Shown: in pieces, positions 1 through 14,539 of the stretch
How the letters are laid out: each line of letters begins with the position of its first letter
Position numbering within the stretch: the stretch's first letter is position 1
NCBI RefSeq assembly: GCF_001194135.2
Contig: NC_068984.1
Coordinates: forward strand, 19,399,770-19,463,769
Direction: 5' to 3'
DNA length: 64,000 bases
DNA from: Octopus bimaculoides
Lineage: Eukaryota
Translations under genes and position numbers: made by a program
The notes under the pieces: model-generated
The model's database searches: none
Told to the model about the DNA's origin: nothing
The model's input: only the letters and a program-made list of their open reading frames with translations

Positions 1-2209
1 TGTAAGTAGTGTGAAGGAGGAATATTATATACCTTTAGAGACAACATGGCAATGTATAACACATCCATATTTTGTTAGTTTGAAATGTTGAGCACAAAAT
101 TCTCTTGTTTGTTTACTTTACAACAGAATTATGAAAAGATGTTTAATTTGTCATAGTTTATATAATGAAAACTGATATCAATATTGACTGTAAAGACTGT
201 GATTTGTTATAGCCAGCTTGTTAATGGTAAATGTTCTGTTGGAGCATCACGAAAGTGATATAAAGTCACTCTGAAGCAAAATATGAACTCGTGTCTGTCA
301 TATGAGTGAAACTGTGGCATCCTTCACAAATTCAGTGGCTGATCATGGAAGCTAGAGAACTCTCTCTATTAAGGAAACTGAACTCTTTGAACAAACTCAT
401 ATTGAAGTCCTTATAGGGAAATGGAGGAGGAGGAGGAAGAGGAGGGCACAAACAGAGCTAAATTGATCATATTACCCAATAACATTTATTTTTCATTTTA
501 TTTTTATAATTTGGATTGTATATTCTTCTTTGATTTTAAAAATATTATTATTATTATTATCACTGTTATTATTATTTTGCCTGTTTACTATAACTATCAA
601 TATTGCAAATGTCATAAGTGTATTTGGTGAATTCCTGGTTCTTGACAAATTTCTTCACTGGTAAGTGTAGCTGAATTATAAAAATCTATAAAACTTTTAT
701 AAAATAGAGTCTGAATAAACTGGTGATGGTTCATGCTGGCAAAAATTATACAAAGAGAGTGTATATGCTTTTGGGGAGAAGAGGAAAATGATATATTGCT
801 CTAATGTATTGCACTGATCCTTTGTCTGAAGAAAATACATTATTTTTTCCCACTCAGTTTTGAAATGTCAAATTCCCTTTTCCCCTGTAGCATTGAACTT
901 ATCCAAACTGGTGAACTTCTCTGTTCAAGACTTCTTTGCAACCTGATCAAAGCTGCTCTCAGTTTGCCAGTAAGTGATGATGGCCAGGTTGAAAATAAAA
1001 ACGTGATAGCATTTGGAGTTTGTTACAATAGTTCTTAAAAGAAAATGCTCCAAGAACATTGCTTTCAGTCATGTCTTCATGCTCAAGTGAAGAATGAATA
1101 AAGTGCTAAGGAGAAAAACCTGAAGATATACTGAGTTCAGAATAACAGTTGTAGTCTCTTTTATGTGTGCATTAGGCTTCTTTGAAAGATATTATTCATT
1201 TTCCCTTTGAAAAGAAAGAACCTTTTATTCTGATCTATGAAATATCAGAAAGAAATTTTTACAATCTATCTTGCAATATTGTAAACTTTTTATTGAAAAT
1301 TCTTTCAAAATATGACTATTAACATTTGTGATACCAACCTGCCTGAGACACTGCCTGGTCTTATGATACAAACTTCTTGCTTAAAGTGATATACATTACA
1401 CCCTTCTGCCAAAATTTCATGTAAGTTCTTATTTCAAATACTAACTTAATACTTTTTTTCTAATTTTGGCATGAGGCTAGCAATTTGTGGGGGAAGGGAA
1501 GTTGATTTCTTCAACACCATTGATTAACTGGTACTTATTTTATTGACCCCCACAAGAATGAAAGATAAAGTTGACCTTGATGGAATTTGAACTCAGAACA
1601 TAAAGAACCAGGAAAAATTTTGTCTGGCATGCTGAAAATTTTTTCAGCTCACCATCTTAAACAACAGTTTCAGCCTTTATTTAATATTCAGATTATTTTG
1701 TCAAATGTAATACTTATTTATTCATAATGTTTTGAATAAATCATGCATTGTCTTGTAGCTTCAAGATTTTAATAATGTGAGTGTTTATTTTTAGAATGAC
1801 ATTGTAAGGTAAGTGTGAGAGGCTGGATCTGGCTGGTTTGAACATAAAATAGGTAGAATATTTGGGCTGGATATGGCTGATTTAAATATTAAAAGTTTAA
1901 TAATGGTTTCAAATTTTGGAACAAGGCCAGCAATTTTGGGGGAGGGTAAGTCAATTACATTGACCCCAGTGTCCAACTGGCGCTTATTTTATTAACCCAG
2001 GTGGCATTTGAACTCAGAATGCAAAGCCGGAAGGAATGCCGCTAAGCATTTTGTCCAACGTGGTAACGATTTTGCCAGCTCACCACCTTAAAGCAGTTGC
2101 ATGGTGATAGTTATTTTACTGAATTTCAAAATTGAAACAAAAACAGTGTTTCAGTACATTTTAACATAAAAATGGTAAAAGAAAGAAAGAACAAAAAACA
2201 GCGACAAAC

Positions 2210-2515
2210 CTTATATTTATTCACTTTTTCAGTAGTTGGGATGTTTAGAGCTGAGACTTCATCAACTTTCAGACTAGAATCTCTAAATGAAGTTTCCAAG
2301 CTAGCAAATTCTGTATGATATTGTTTTCGTAGAGCCACAGCAACCTTTAAACGGTTGAGTAACTGAGTTATGTGTTCATTTAACAATGAGTACTTTGTTA
2401 GAATCTGTTGTATGTTAGTCGCACTTGTAGACTGACCAGTGGTGTTGAATTTTTTAACATACTCAGTCAATTTTTCTACAATATGATTATAACTCTCCAT
2501 TTCTAGGCTCAGTTC
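2210..2515 (-). CDS. Spectrin-repeat protein (nesprin/MSP300- or plakin-like), internal exon, phase 0-0, 102 codons
   Basis: Acceptor ttttgtctgatatag|GAA and donor AAG|gtttgt. Encodes ELSLEMESYNHIVEKL...TTEKVNKYK, a helical spectrin-like pattern in frame with the 4509 exon. Confidence 0.9.
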
Positions 2516-4508
2516 CTATATCAGACAAAAAGGAAAATATTTAAGTGAAAGACAATATAAATATTTAACTAAACAAAACCTTATGAAAAATGTTTAGAAA
2601 ATGGGAGAAGAGTGTGTGCTGTGAGATCCTCGTTCTTTCAAATGAAGTGGGCTTGCCAAATTATTTTTTTCTCTTTGTGGCTCACAAAATAATTTCAATT
2701 TTGTAGATTTAATTAAGGTGCGAGTATGGTGGTGTGATCAAGAAGTTTGCTTTCCAACCATGTGGTCTTGGGTTCTGTCCCACTGCATGGAACCTTGGGC
2801 AAGTATCTTCCACTATAGCCCTGTGCTGACCAAAGCCTTATGAATGGATTAGGCAGAAGGAAACCAAAAGAATCTTGTAATGTATGTATGTATGTATGTA
2901 CACATGTGTGCATTTGTGTGTACCTGTGTCTTGTCATGGCTTTAACCAAACTTCATTGGGCCAGGTAGTAATTACCTAAACATACAAAAAGGGAGGAATT
3001 CTTTTGTGACTTGAAGTGCTTTTCACCATAGGTCTTCTCAATCAAAGCTGACCAACCAAACAACAACAACAGCCACTATGCCACCACCACCACCACTCTT
3101 CTTTAAGGTCAACTTTATCATCTTGACCAGAAACTCTGAACTCAGGAGATCTACAGATTTCCTGTCAAACAAAATAACAAAAAGTAAAAAAAAAAAAAGG
3201 AAAAGAGAATTGTGTCTTATTTAGTCCATAGCTTTAGTTTCATATTTTATTCATTGGCTAATGAAATCATTATGGAGGAAAGACAGAGCTTGAGGGAAAA
3301 CATTGTACAGGAATATACTTCTAAATTTAACAGCCCAAGATAAGCTAATGATAGAAAATTTAGTATTGCTGAACTATATAAGGTAAAATTATGTGAATGA
3401 CTGCAGAATGTATTCCTGTCAATAACATTTAAAGAATCAGTCTTCTTACTGGACACAGGCATGGCTGTGTGGTTAAGAAGTTTGCTTTGCAACTGCATGG
3501 TTCTGGGTTCAATCTCACTGCTTGCTACCTGGATTAGCTAATGCTTTCTGAGAGGAATATGGGAGGTAGAAACTGTGCAAAGCCCATATATGTATATATA
3601 TATATNNNNNNNNNNTATATATATACATATATATATTGGGAATCCCTGTAATCTACAATTCCATTCTTCACAAATTGCTATATAAAATAAATAATTGATA
3701 AATATATGAAAGTTAATAGATAAATATCAAGGAAACCAGAATATCTTACATTTTAAGAATGAATAACCCTTGATATATTTGTTCTGTAAAGAGTTACAGG
3801 CACTCTTTTGTTGTTCTTACTGTTGAAAATGTAGTGAGCCAGTGACAGGCCAACTGGAAACTTGTAATCTATAATGCTATTGTTCACAAATTGCTACATA
3901 AAATAAATAAATATCATCATAATGATTTCATGCCCATGTTCCTTGTTTGCATGAGTTGGATGGTTCAATAGGATCCAGTGGACCCAAGGACTGCATCATG
4001 TGCTACTGTCTGTTTCTGCATGGTTTCTACACCTGGATACCGTTCTTAAATGCCAACCACTTTACAACATGCTGTGGGTGCTTTTTGCATGCCAACCAGC
4101 AGTAATGAGGATGTCATGCACTTTGTAAGACTACAATCTTTGAATAAGGAGGAGGAATTTTAATCTAGATGAATATGTGGTAGAGAGGGGTAAAGTATGA
4201 GAGAAAGGGCTGAAGCAGAACAGGATTCTTGTTGTAGTGGAGTAACATGATAACTCCCATTTTAGAAGAGAGGGTGTAGTGGGAGAGTTTGAAAATGATA
4301 AAAAAAAGTGGTGATGAGGTATCAGAGTAGACCTTCATGGTATGAAGTGGGTAGGAATGAATTTGGGCAGGGGTACCAGGAGCGAGTGGGTGGAATAGGG
4401 GATGTCTGATAGTGTGGAGAGGTGGGTGGGTGGCAGAACAGACATAATTATACACTTAAATAAATAATGATTAAAACAGAAATATACAAAATAATTTTTG
4501 CTTTTTAC

Positions 4509-4692
4509 CTTGTAATGTAGTAAAAGTTTCTCAGCTTCCTCCACAGAACTTCCAATTGGAGTAACAAGAGATGTTTGATTCTCGATCGATTCTAAGCATA
4601 TTGATAGACTTTGAACATTGGAATCAATTTCATCATGTTGACTCAGAGATTCCTGGAGCACCTTCAAAGAGTTAGACACTTCTTCGGAAACA
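4509..4692 (-). CDS. Spectrin-repeat protein internal exon, phase 2-0
   Basis: Acceptor tttttgttttcag|T and donor AAG|gtaaaa. Encodes VSEEVSNSLKVLQESL...EEAEKLLLHYK. 184 nt, phase fits both neighbours. Confidence 0.9.
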
Positions 4693-6721
4693 CTGAAAAC
4701 AAAAACACATTATAGATCAATCACTATTGAATTTTAAATAATCAATCAATATCTATTATTTTATTGGTTTCAGTAATTAAACTACAACCATACTGGGCAC
4801 TGGCTTCAAAGATTTTTCATGTTTCTAATCTGTTTTATTGACACACCCACCTCCCTAGTACTTATTTCTGCCTGGTACTTATTTTGTCAATCTCTGTTTA
4901 TTGAATCTCTAAGTTACACTCTGACATAAAGAGATACAACTAGTCACATTGGTTAACACAAATTGACACCCATACATATGTATATACACACATACATTAA
5001 TGACAAACTGGATGTTATCCACATGGGTGGGTAAATAATTTCTTTTGATAGAATTAAATAGCTTGATATCATAGTTTTCATGTGAATACACTTGCATTGA
5101 AACCTCTGGTATTGGACAATTGAATGTCACACACACACACACACACACACACAATGGCCTCCAATGCAGTTTCCATCCATCAAACTCTGTTCACAAAGAA
5201 CTAATTGATCTGAGGCCACCATAGGAGAAACTTGCCCAAGTTATTGTGCAATGAGATTGATCCCAGAACCCTATACTGAGAAGCAAACTTCTTAACCATG
5301 AGGCTAAAGTCTGCACCTATATTCAACACACCTATATTTATATGCACCTATATTTATATGTTATATCATGTTGATCATTAGCTACATAAATGAAAGAAAA
5401 TGTCTATTCTGAGAGTTGAAAGTTATTGCATATTTAGTTCCTGGAAAATATCACACCCCTTTTCTTTTCCTTTTTTTTTTTTTTGTTATAACTTGAATAA
5501 TAGAAAGATACAATTTTGTTTTAGAAATTTGTACTCAGTGTATATTAGAACAGTTTGAAGTTTTAGAACTTATCTTTTAAGTCTTCTACAATGATATATG
5601 AGTTTGACATCTGTTCCTGGTGTTGCTTTGAAATTCAGAATAGCTGACAGAACTTAAAATTTGCTCAACAGTAAGATCACTTTAAAAAGATGGTCACTTT
5701 TTTTTTCTGTTATATACTTTATATTTTTTCACTACTTTATAATTCATGACTGACAGAACTTCCATGTGACAACTAAGTTCCATTTAGTTGTCATATGGAG
5801 AGATGCTAATAAAATAAAAAAAAGTGATTGCGTTTACAACTATTTTCCCAATGCTAATATAAGCTGGACAGATCTATGTGACTTCCTCTCATCACTTGGC
5901 TACACCATCAGTTCTCATTCTATAAAAAGTCACATTTTTTCCTAGTTTTCTTTGGAATGTTTTCTCAAATCATCAATTAACAATATTTTCAAACACAATG
6001 TTATAAACAATGAGGAAGCTGCTTTGTGGTCACTTAACTTACAAAAAACTGTAACCAAATTCACTCCAAACCATATCTTAAAACTGAACCAAGGAAGGGC
6101 AATATTATCCAATATGTCACAAGAAACTGACTCAACCCAAATAAAAATATATTATATATATACACAATCTGTAAAGTAGTTAGGGTTAAGAAGGGCTTCC
6201 AGCAATAGAAACTATGCTGAAGCAGACAATTTGTTAGTTCCCATCAAAGCATTCAACCTAAGCGAGCATGAAAAACAGATGTTAAATGCTGCTGCTGATG
6301 TCAATGAGATATTCACACACACATGCACATGGTTTTAGATTCAATCCTACTGCATGGCACCTTGAATAAGTGTCTTCTAGCATGGGCTCTGGCCCAACCA
6401 AAGCCTTGCGAGCAGGTAACGTAGACAGAAATTGAAAGAAGTGCATTGTATATATGTGTGTGTGTGTGGGTGTGTGTAGATAACAAAATGATATATATAT
6501 TTCATTATATGTATGTAAAGTACAACCCACTAAGTAGCCAAGAAATAACCTGGAACATCTGATGGGAGCTAAAAATGCACCATCAGAAGGAACCAGCCTT
6601 GGCATTTTGCTCAGAGAAATTCAGTATCTGCCTGGATATTATATCCCTCTTCTTACTATACATATATATACATACATATACATACATACATATATATATA
6701 TACACACACAAATATCTGGCT

Positions 6722-6980
6722 TGTGCGGGTGGCACATAAAAGACACCATTTCGAGCGTGGCCGTTGCCAGTATCGCCTGACTGGCCTTTGTGCAGGTGAC
6801 ACGTAAAAGCACCTACTACACTCTCTGAGTGGTTGGCGTTAGGAAGGGCATCCAGCTGTAGAAACTCTGCCAAATTTAGATTGGAGCCTGGTGTTGCCAT
6901 CCGGTTTCACCAGTCCTCAGTCAAGTCGTCCAACCCATGCTAGCATGGAAAGCGGACGTTAAACGATGATGATGATGATA
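6722..6980 (+). mobile_element. (GAT)n-tailed retroposon (family C), young copy
   Basis: Ends ...GCGGACGTTAAACGATGATGATG and is near-identical by eye to copies at 27421-27595 and 63760-64000. Confidence 0.85.
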
Positions 6981-7350
6981 TATGTATATATATATATATA
7001 AATAAATACATATNNNNNNNNNNNNNNNNNNNNNNNNNNNNNNNNNNNNNNNNNNNNNNNNNNNNNNNNNNNNNNNNNNNNNNNNNNNNNNNNNNNNNNN
7101 NNNNNNNNNNNNNNNNNNNNNNNNNNNNNNNNNNNNNNNNNNNNNNNNNNNNNNNNNNNNNNNNNNNNNNNNNNNNNNNNNNNNNNNNNNNNNNNNNNNN
7201 NNNNNNNNNNNNNNNNNNNNNNNNNNNNNNNNNNNNNNNNNNNNNNNNNNNNNNNNNNNNNNNNNCTCTAGGGATGAGTTACCTATACAGCAAAGTGCTT
7301 TACTGGTGTCAAATCAATGATCACTCTCTGATCAGCCATAACAGACAACC

Positions 7351-7393
<43 letters not shown>

Positions 7394-7445
7394 ATCTACA
7401 TATAAATGTATGTATGTATCTATGTATAAATATATATGTCCATAC

Positions 7446-7588
7446 CTGGTTGTTTTACTGTTTAAGTCTTTGATTTGTTCTTGTATAGTTTGGCTATCAG
7501 TTGCAGACAGATGTGGTTGCATTGCAGTAGAGATAGTTTCTGTGTCAGACAGAAGAACAATGTTTTCTTCGCATGTTTGATTCAATTC
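7446..7588 (-). CDS. Spectrin-repeat protein internal exon, phase 0-2
   Basis: Acceptor ttcttttttcag|GAA and donor AG|gtatgg. Encodes ELNQTCEENIVLL...IKDLNSKTT. 143 nt. Confidence 0.88.
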
Positions 7589-7775
7589 CTGAAAAAAGAA
7601 GTTAGTCCTTTCATTTAAGATTCTCTAAAAAGAAATTGTGTGGGGGGAAAAAAAAACAAAAAAAGAAACATATCTTTTACTTGATTAACTCAACAAGTTA
7701 TAATATTTTTTCATAAATAATGTTAACCAACAAGCAAGAAAGGAGCAAAATATTTGCAAAGATCTGTTAGCTTAC

Positions 7776-7981
7776 CTGATATTCTTCAACTTGCTTTCGA
7801 AGAACTGATGTGGCACAATCGGTGTGGATAGGATTTGAAGATTTCATTTTTGTAGTTTTGTACCATTTCTTAAGTTGTTCACAATTTGACTCATATTTAC
7901 AAAGATGGTTAAAGAACAACTCCACATCACTAAGGTATGTTGTAATTTGCTGTTTAAGTGAATTATAACGAGTCTCCAAAC
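7776..7981 (-). CDS. Spectrin-repeat protein internal exon, phase 1-0
   Basis: Acceptor ttttttctctattccag|GT and donor CAG|gtaagc. Encodes LETRYNSLKQQ...LKKWY...KQVEEYQ with the conserved helix-A Trp. 206 nt. Confidence 0.9.
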
Positions 7982-8726
7982 CTGGAATAGAGAAAAAACT
8001 TAAGGTGACAATTTAATTCATATTATTACGAACTAGCTGTGTGGTTAAGAAGTTCACTTCCCAGACAAGTGGTATTGGATTCAGTTTCACTAGATGGCAT
8101 GAGACCTTAAGCAAGTGCAACTGAACACTCTGCTATACCCTGTGTCAATCAAAGCCTTGTGTGTGTGTGGATCTGAAAGAAACATGTCTTATATATATCT
8201 ATATATCCTTATCTAAATCTATCTGTCTGTCTACCTATCTATGTATGTATAGTATCTATGTATGTATGGTATCTTTCTATATATCAATAGAGTATCACAC
8301 AAAATATTTTGTGGTATTTGTTCCAACTCTTTATTTTCGAAATCCTACCAAGATCAACCATGCATTTCATTCATTTGGACTCAAAAAAAAAAAAAAAAAA
8401 TACCAATCTATTCCTGTGGATTGGCACAATTATAAGAATGATGAATTATATGGCTGGTGGTGGTCTGATGGTATTTCTCCTGGCTTTTTACATTCTGCAT
8501 TCAAATCCTACCATGACTCATTCGGTGGCAGATTGAATTAATACCACCACCTGGCTCCTCGGTGCCTATAGCAATGTCCCCTTCATTACAAGCATTGTAA
8601 CTGTCTTTAGTTTGAGGATAACTTCCTTTCTCACTCCTTCCCATCAGTTTTGGAGGCTCTGTATGGTACCATACTCTGTATGGTATCACTGTCTTCTCTT
8701 CTAAGAAAAACAATATCTTTATTTAA

Positions 8727-8946
8727 CCCTTTATCATTTAAACTGGCCATATCTGGCCCTAACATTCTATCTGTTTTATATTCAAAGTGACCAGATCCAC
8801 CCTCTCACACCTACCCTACAATGTCATTCTAAAAGTAAACAATAACATTATTGAAATCTCAAAGCTACAAGATAATGCATGATTAATTCAAAGCAATACC
8901 AATAAATAAGCAATACAATAGATAGAGAAACCTGAATGCTTAAGAG
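8727..8946. mobile_element. piggyBac-like MITE (family P1)
   Basis: TTAA|CCCTTTA.CATT ... AATGCTTAAGAG|TTAA. Related copies near 1690, 9715 and 41885. Confidence 0.75.
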
Positions 8947-9504
8947 TTAATGAGCCTTTCTTTATAAACATGTTAAAATCATTATAATTCAGAATTAAAA
9001 TTTTAGCCACTAGTAATATGACAGTGAAGGTGCACAGCTCAGTGGTTAGGGTATTTGGTTTATGATTGTAAGGTCATGAGTTCAATACCTAGCAGTGCAT
9101 CATGTCTTTGAGTAAGACACTTTATTTCACATTGTTTTAGTCAACACAGCTGGCAGAAATGAGTAGTACCTGTATTTCAAAAGGCCAGCCTTCTTACATT
9201 CTGTGCTATGCTGAATGTCCATGCGAGTGTGTGGAGTACTCAACCATTTGCACATTAATTTCACAAGCAGGTCGTTCTATTGATCGGATCAAATGGAACG
9301 CTTGTTGTTTGTAACTGTCAGAGTGCCAGTCAATACAACACTGAATCCTCCATGATCATGGCAGGTGAGCAAGTATCTCATGGAGTTGGGAACTGGCTAG
9401 GAGATGGCTTAGAAGGTCAACTGGAGTGACCTGAGCAAAAACCAAACAAAAGGTGGATACATGCTTGACCTGACCCAACCAATATATAAACACAATTTAC
9501 TCAC

Positions 9505-9625
9505 CTGATAATTTATGCTGTAGCTCTGCCTGAGATTCAAGACAACATTGGTTACTTATGGTATTTCCTGTTTTTAAGACTGATGCCAAGGGAACTTCAT
9601 ATTTTTCTATTTCCACTTTAAGTTT
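9505..9625 (-). CDS. Spectrin-repeat protein internal exon, phase 0-1 (absent from ORF track)
   Basis: Acceptor ttttttttgttttag|AAA and donor CAG|gtgagt. Encodes KLKVEIEKYEVPLASVLKTGNTISNQCCLESQAELQHKLS(G). 121 nt, bridges the phase gap between the 10789 and 7981 exons exactly. Confidence 0.9.
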
Positions 9626-9951
9626 CTAAAACAAAAAAAAACAAAAAAAAAACATAGTGATCAACTCTACCAACTTGAAATTTTGAAGAAATATGGAGAA
9701 AAGAAGTTGATTAATCCTTTAGCATTTAAACAGACCATATTCAGCCCTAATTTTCTGTCAGTTTTGTGTTCAAATCAGCCAATTCTGGCCTCGCACACCT
9801 ACCCTACAATATGAAGCTGACATAAGCAATCACATCTTCGAATAACAAAGTTACAAGATAACACATGATTTAATTCAAACCTATGTGAATAAAGAGGCAT
9901 ACATTTGACAGAGTAATCTGAATACTAAGGGGTCAACAAACAAAATGTTAA

Positions 9952-10165
9952 CCCTTTCATTATCATATTTCTAAAGAAATACATTCTGTCCATTTCAATT
10001 CATTTTGAAAATAATGAAGACTTGAGTAAAATTTATCATTGTTTAGGGTGGTGTTTAGAACATAACATGAAATTCTGATGGAAGTCTTTAATTTTTGTCA
10101 CTTTAAAACAGGAAGTTTGTTTCAAAGCACCAGGGGTAGTCTCAGGAGGGTCAGTATCAAAAGAG
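9952..10165. mobile_element. piggyBac-like MITE (family P2)
   Basis: TTAA|CCCTTT ... AAAAGAG|TTAA. Reverse complement of the 32766 and 57264 copies. Confidence 0.7.
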
Positions 10166-10788
10166 TTAAAATTATCAAGATAACTTAAATGTGTTTAATT
10201 CAGTATTTGTTTGAAATGAATACATAACAGATATTTTTTGTGTTACTGATGTATGCAGCATAGGAGGTGTATAAACTTTTCATATACATGAGGTTTATCA
10301 GTAGTGTAAATTTATGTCTAGTTAAATATATATAAATATTTATTTTATTGCGTGTGTGTCCGCACGCATGTGTGTATATATGTCTTGATTTGGGTTTTTT
10401 CTTTATGTCATTTAATTTACATTATATTATGTTATGACTCTATATTTGATATAATTCCATTCAAAATATTAAAATATATTTAAATTTATTGAGAAATTTG
10501 TTAAACTTTGCACAAATATGTGTTTTCATTGTTTTTGTGAAATATTACACGCACTCATACACATATGCATGTTTGTGTATATTATGTATACATGCATGAA
10601 TGTATAAATGTGTGTGTATATATGTACGTATGTATATATATATATATATATATATACACTACACACACACGCACACACATATGCAAATATGTATGTATTT
10701 TATGTATGTAGGAAGGCATGCAGTAATAAAGCCTAAGACTACATGGTAATCATACACTTTTCCAAAAAAATAATATAGATGTTAATAC

Positions 10789-11121
10789 CTTGATGCCTTC
10801 CTTTTGACCTTCAGTTGATAAATGGTTCAAGCTGAATGTCTGGAATCTCTGGATATCCAGCTCAGTGTTCTGTAACCACCGTGTTGTGTCTTCCATGTCT
10901 TTGTTAAGAGAGATTCTTTCAGAATGGTATTTCTGCCACCTTTCTAACATTTGAACTAAACTCTCCAGCATGTTTGGATAAATAGTTTTGATGTCAGCCA
11001 GCCATTTCTTCAGTTGCTTGTGAACCTGGCTCTTTGCAGAAATGTTCTTCAGTAATATTTTGCCATTCTGACATAACTGGGTTATAGGGGCCTCTTCCTT
11101 CTTCATTTCAATTTCCAGATT
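10789..11121 (-). CDS. Spectrin-repeat protein internal exon, phase 0-0, 111 codons (one full repeat)
   Basis: Acceptor ttattctgtcaatag|AAT and donor AAG|gtatta. Encodes NLEIEMKKEEAPI...TRWLQNTE...QKEGIK. Confidence 0.9.
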
Positions 11122-11418
11122 CTATTGACAGAATAATGGTTAGTAGTTACACATTGTAAAAATATTGATTTCAAATTTTTGCACAAGGCCAGCAATTTCA
11201 AGGGAAGGAGTAAGTTGATTACATCAACCCCAATTATTAACTGGTACTTATTTTACCAACCCCGAATGAATGAAAGGCAAAAAGTCAGCCTCGGCGGAAT
11301 TTGAATTCAGAACATAAGGCAGACAAAATACCGCTAAGCAATGTTACCTGGTGTGCTAATGATTCTGACAGTTCGCTGCTGTACTCATTGTAAAGAAGAA
11401 AAAAATATTGAAAAGACT

Positions 11419-11805
11419 GTTGTTGTTGGCACTCTGTTGCTTACAACATTGAGGGTTCCAGTTGATCAGATCAACGGAACAGCCTGCTCATGAAATTAAC
11501 ATACAAGTGGCTGAGCACTCCACAGACATGTGTACCCTTAACGTAGTTCTCGGCGATATTCAGCGTGACACAGTGTGACAAGGCTGACCCTTTGAATTAC
11601 AGGCACAACAGAAATAGGAAGTAAGAGTGAGAGAAAGTTGTGGTGAAAGAGTACAGCAGGGTTCGCCACCATCCCCTGCCGGAGCCTCATGGAGCTTTAG
11701 GTATTTTCGCTCAATAAACACTCACAACGCCCGGTCTGGGAATCGAAACCGTGATCCTATGACCGCGTGTCCGCTGCCCTAACCACTGGGCCATTGCGCC
11801 TCCAC
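11419..11805 (-). mobile_element. Full-length tRNA-derived SINE (family A)
   Basis: Head has A box TGGCCCAGTGG and B-box-like GGTTTCGATTCC, with a (CAA)n tail. 12-bp target-site duplication ATTGAAAAGACT at 11407-11418 and 11806-11817. Confidence 0.9.
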
Positions 11806-14539
11806 ATTGAAAAGACTATAAACAACAAAAACATATATTCAACACAAAACTTCTAATCCATCACACAGTTTAACACCTCTACGTGATCCTTGGATGTCTC
11901 TAACAAAATATACTTTGTTACCAGTGTTCAGGCTAGATCTTTGGTTTGAGAATGTCTTACTCTTCCCACACATTATCCTTGGAAACCCTGTAAAGGGGGT
12001 CAGAGGCATCTCTTTTCCTTCTGATTGATTGATGAAAAGAATGAAATAAATACACAAGAACATGAAAATTTTTCAAAGGAAAGCCAACTTAATTATGATT
12101 TTCAGTATTATGGATCACAATCATGGCTTTTAAGGTAAATTAAATGATGAACAGTGATTGCTGTTGTTACATTTAGCAACAGATAAGAAGTACAGAACCA
12201 AATCATAGTTGTTCCTGATGAACGAATATAATTTGGTAACATGTCTCATGTTTTTGATAACAGGCCCCTGAGAGATGGTTAGACCTGGCAGGAATGCAAT
12301 CCAGGTGCCAAAGACTGAAACAGATAGAGATCTCTCATTGCTTCCCAACCACATAATGGCTTGCTGGTTATTTGGAATAAATAGTAAAGTTCAGAATATT
12401 TTAAAATAAAAATCAGTCCAGGGAACTATAATAAAATACCCCAAGACATCAATAGTTGAAAAATAAGGCAAAAAATATACACTCAACATCATGTTCTCAT
12501 CCCCAGCATTTATTTTACTCTGAGCCTGTTTTGTCTGGCACTCTGATAACAAGAACAGAGGAATGGGAGCTCTTAGTGAAATATGATGCATATGTATGTA
12601 CCATTTCTTCCTGCTCAGTCTGTCTTGTTCTCTCATATACCTGTATTTCAAAGGGCCAGCCTTGTCACATGGGTACCTGTGTTTGTACAGTGCTCAACCA
12701 TTTGCATGTTAATTTCATGGGTAGGCTGTTTGGTTGATTATATCAACTGGAACACTTGTTGTAACCAACAGAGAACTAGGCCCACATATAAACATATATT
12801 ATCCATACACACACACATACACATATATATACACAGAGATAGACAGATATATATATATGACATAAATATATTCCAAAGTAGAAAAAGAGAAAATGGGAGA
12901 TTATTACACGAATTAAAATATGAATTAAGACTGTATGAAAACCACAACCTTTTGGTCAAGTTTATATAAATTCAATCATTTAAACAGTAAACTTAACGCT
13001 TTGCAAACACTTGATTCTTAATTTGAATGCATGCAGTTTAACAGTTGTGATCAAACAAAGGTACAGTATATATATCCAACATAAAATGACAATAGATTTT
13101 TGTAATTATTCAACAAACGAAGTTTAGGAACATCATTTCTCTCAGCAATTGTTAGATATTATAATTTTTATTGCTGGATTATTCAGAGAGAATTGTATTA
13201 CCAATAATTTTGGCTGATATAAAAACTTTCCTTTATTTCTTCTTGTTTTAGAAAGGCGTCACTATATCCATCTATATTTATAAAACAGTTAAAATTTTCT
13301 GGTGTCATTCACTTCATTTTGATTAGGTGATAAACCCAATTACAAAGTGAAAGTAATTTCATTCAATTTTGGATTTTCTTAATTTTGAAACCTTATAGTT
13401 TATAATATAGGACATGGTGTTGCAAGAGAATCACATTCCCACATTTCTATAGACCCATATGCCAACACACACACACACACATATATATTCTAGGCATTCC
13501 ATTGGTTATCACAAAGATTTCTGTTGATCTGATAAATGAAACAGCCTGCTAATGAAATTTAATGTGCAAGTGGCTGAGTATTCCACAGACATGTTAACCC
13601 TTAACGTAGATCACAGGAAGATTCAGTGTGGTATAGAATGTGACAAGGCTGACCCTTTGAATTACAGGTACAACTCATTTTTAGCAGTGAGCTGACTGGA
13701 GCAACATGAAATAAAGTTTCTTGATTAAGGAAATGTGCTACCAGGGATCGAACTCATGACTCTAGGATTGTTAGCCAAATACCCTCACTACTAAGCAAAG
13801 TACCTTCACTATACATATACATTACCCTACCCTCTCAAAGAGTTACAATACTCTATGCTTACCTTTTCCACATCCTTACAGCCTACCTCACCTTGTCATC
13901 TTTCTTGTCCCCCTCCCCATCAGCTGTATCATTACTATCTTGCTGCTCTCTCCCCACCTGCATTCCTCTATCCTTCTCCAACCCTGAAACCCTATTCAAT
14001 TTTTACAGTTGAAGGTTGCCTCCCCATCCTCTCATCTCCTGCTCCCCATACAAACTTGCAATGCTCTCCCCCACATGTCTACTCACCTTGGTTCTTGAGG
14101 GGCCACCTGCATGCCTCACCCCTAATATCTGTTCCTTAGCAGCCCCTACTAATAATTCTCTCCCTCTGCTACAAGAACCTGCTCTGTCCCCAGTCACTCA
14201 ATCATAATTTAATCCCTCATCCCCAACATAAAGCTGACCCCTGTGTCCTCCAGGTTCATAGTCTTGCAAAGTGCACGACAACCACATTACTGCTGGTGCA
14301 CAAAAAAGCACCCAAGACATGGTATGAAGTGGTTAGTGTTAGGAAGGGCATCAAACTGTGGAAACCATGCCAAACAGACACTGGAGCATGATGCAGTCTT
14401 CAGCCCATCAGATCCTGTCAATGCATCTAAACAATGTCAGCATGAAACATGGACATTAAATGATATGACAGGCTTCTTTCAGTTTTCATCTACCAAATCC
14501 ACTCACAAGGCTTTGATAATGACAGAAACCGGAATAAGA

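Noticed and set aside
8161-8713. Overlapping ORFs between two spectrin exons
   Set aside because: No splice signals or domain pattern, and the phase gap is fully explained by the 9505-9625 exon.
11730-11805. tRNA gene
   Set aside because: The tRNA-like A/B boxes are the head of a SINE with body, tail and TSD. The same applies to the heads at 22275 and 57684.
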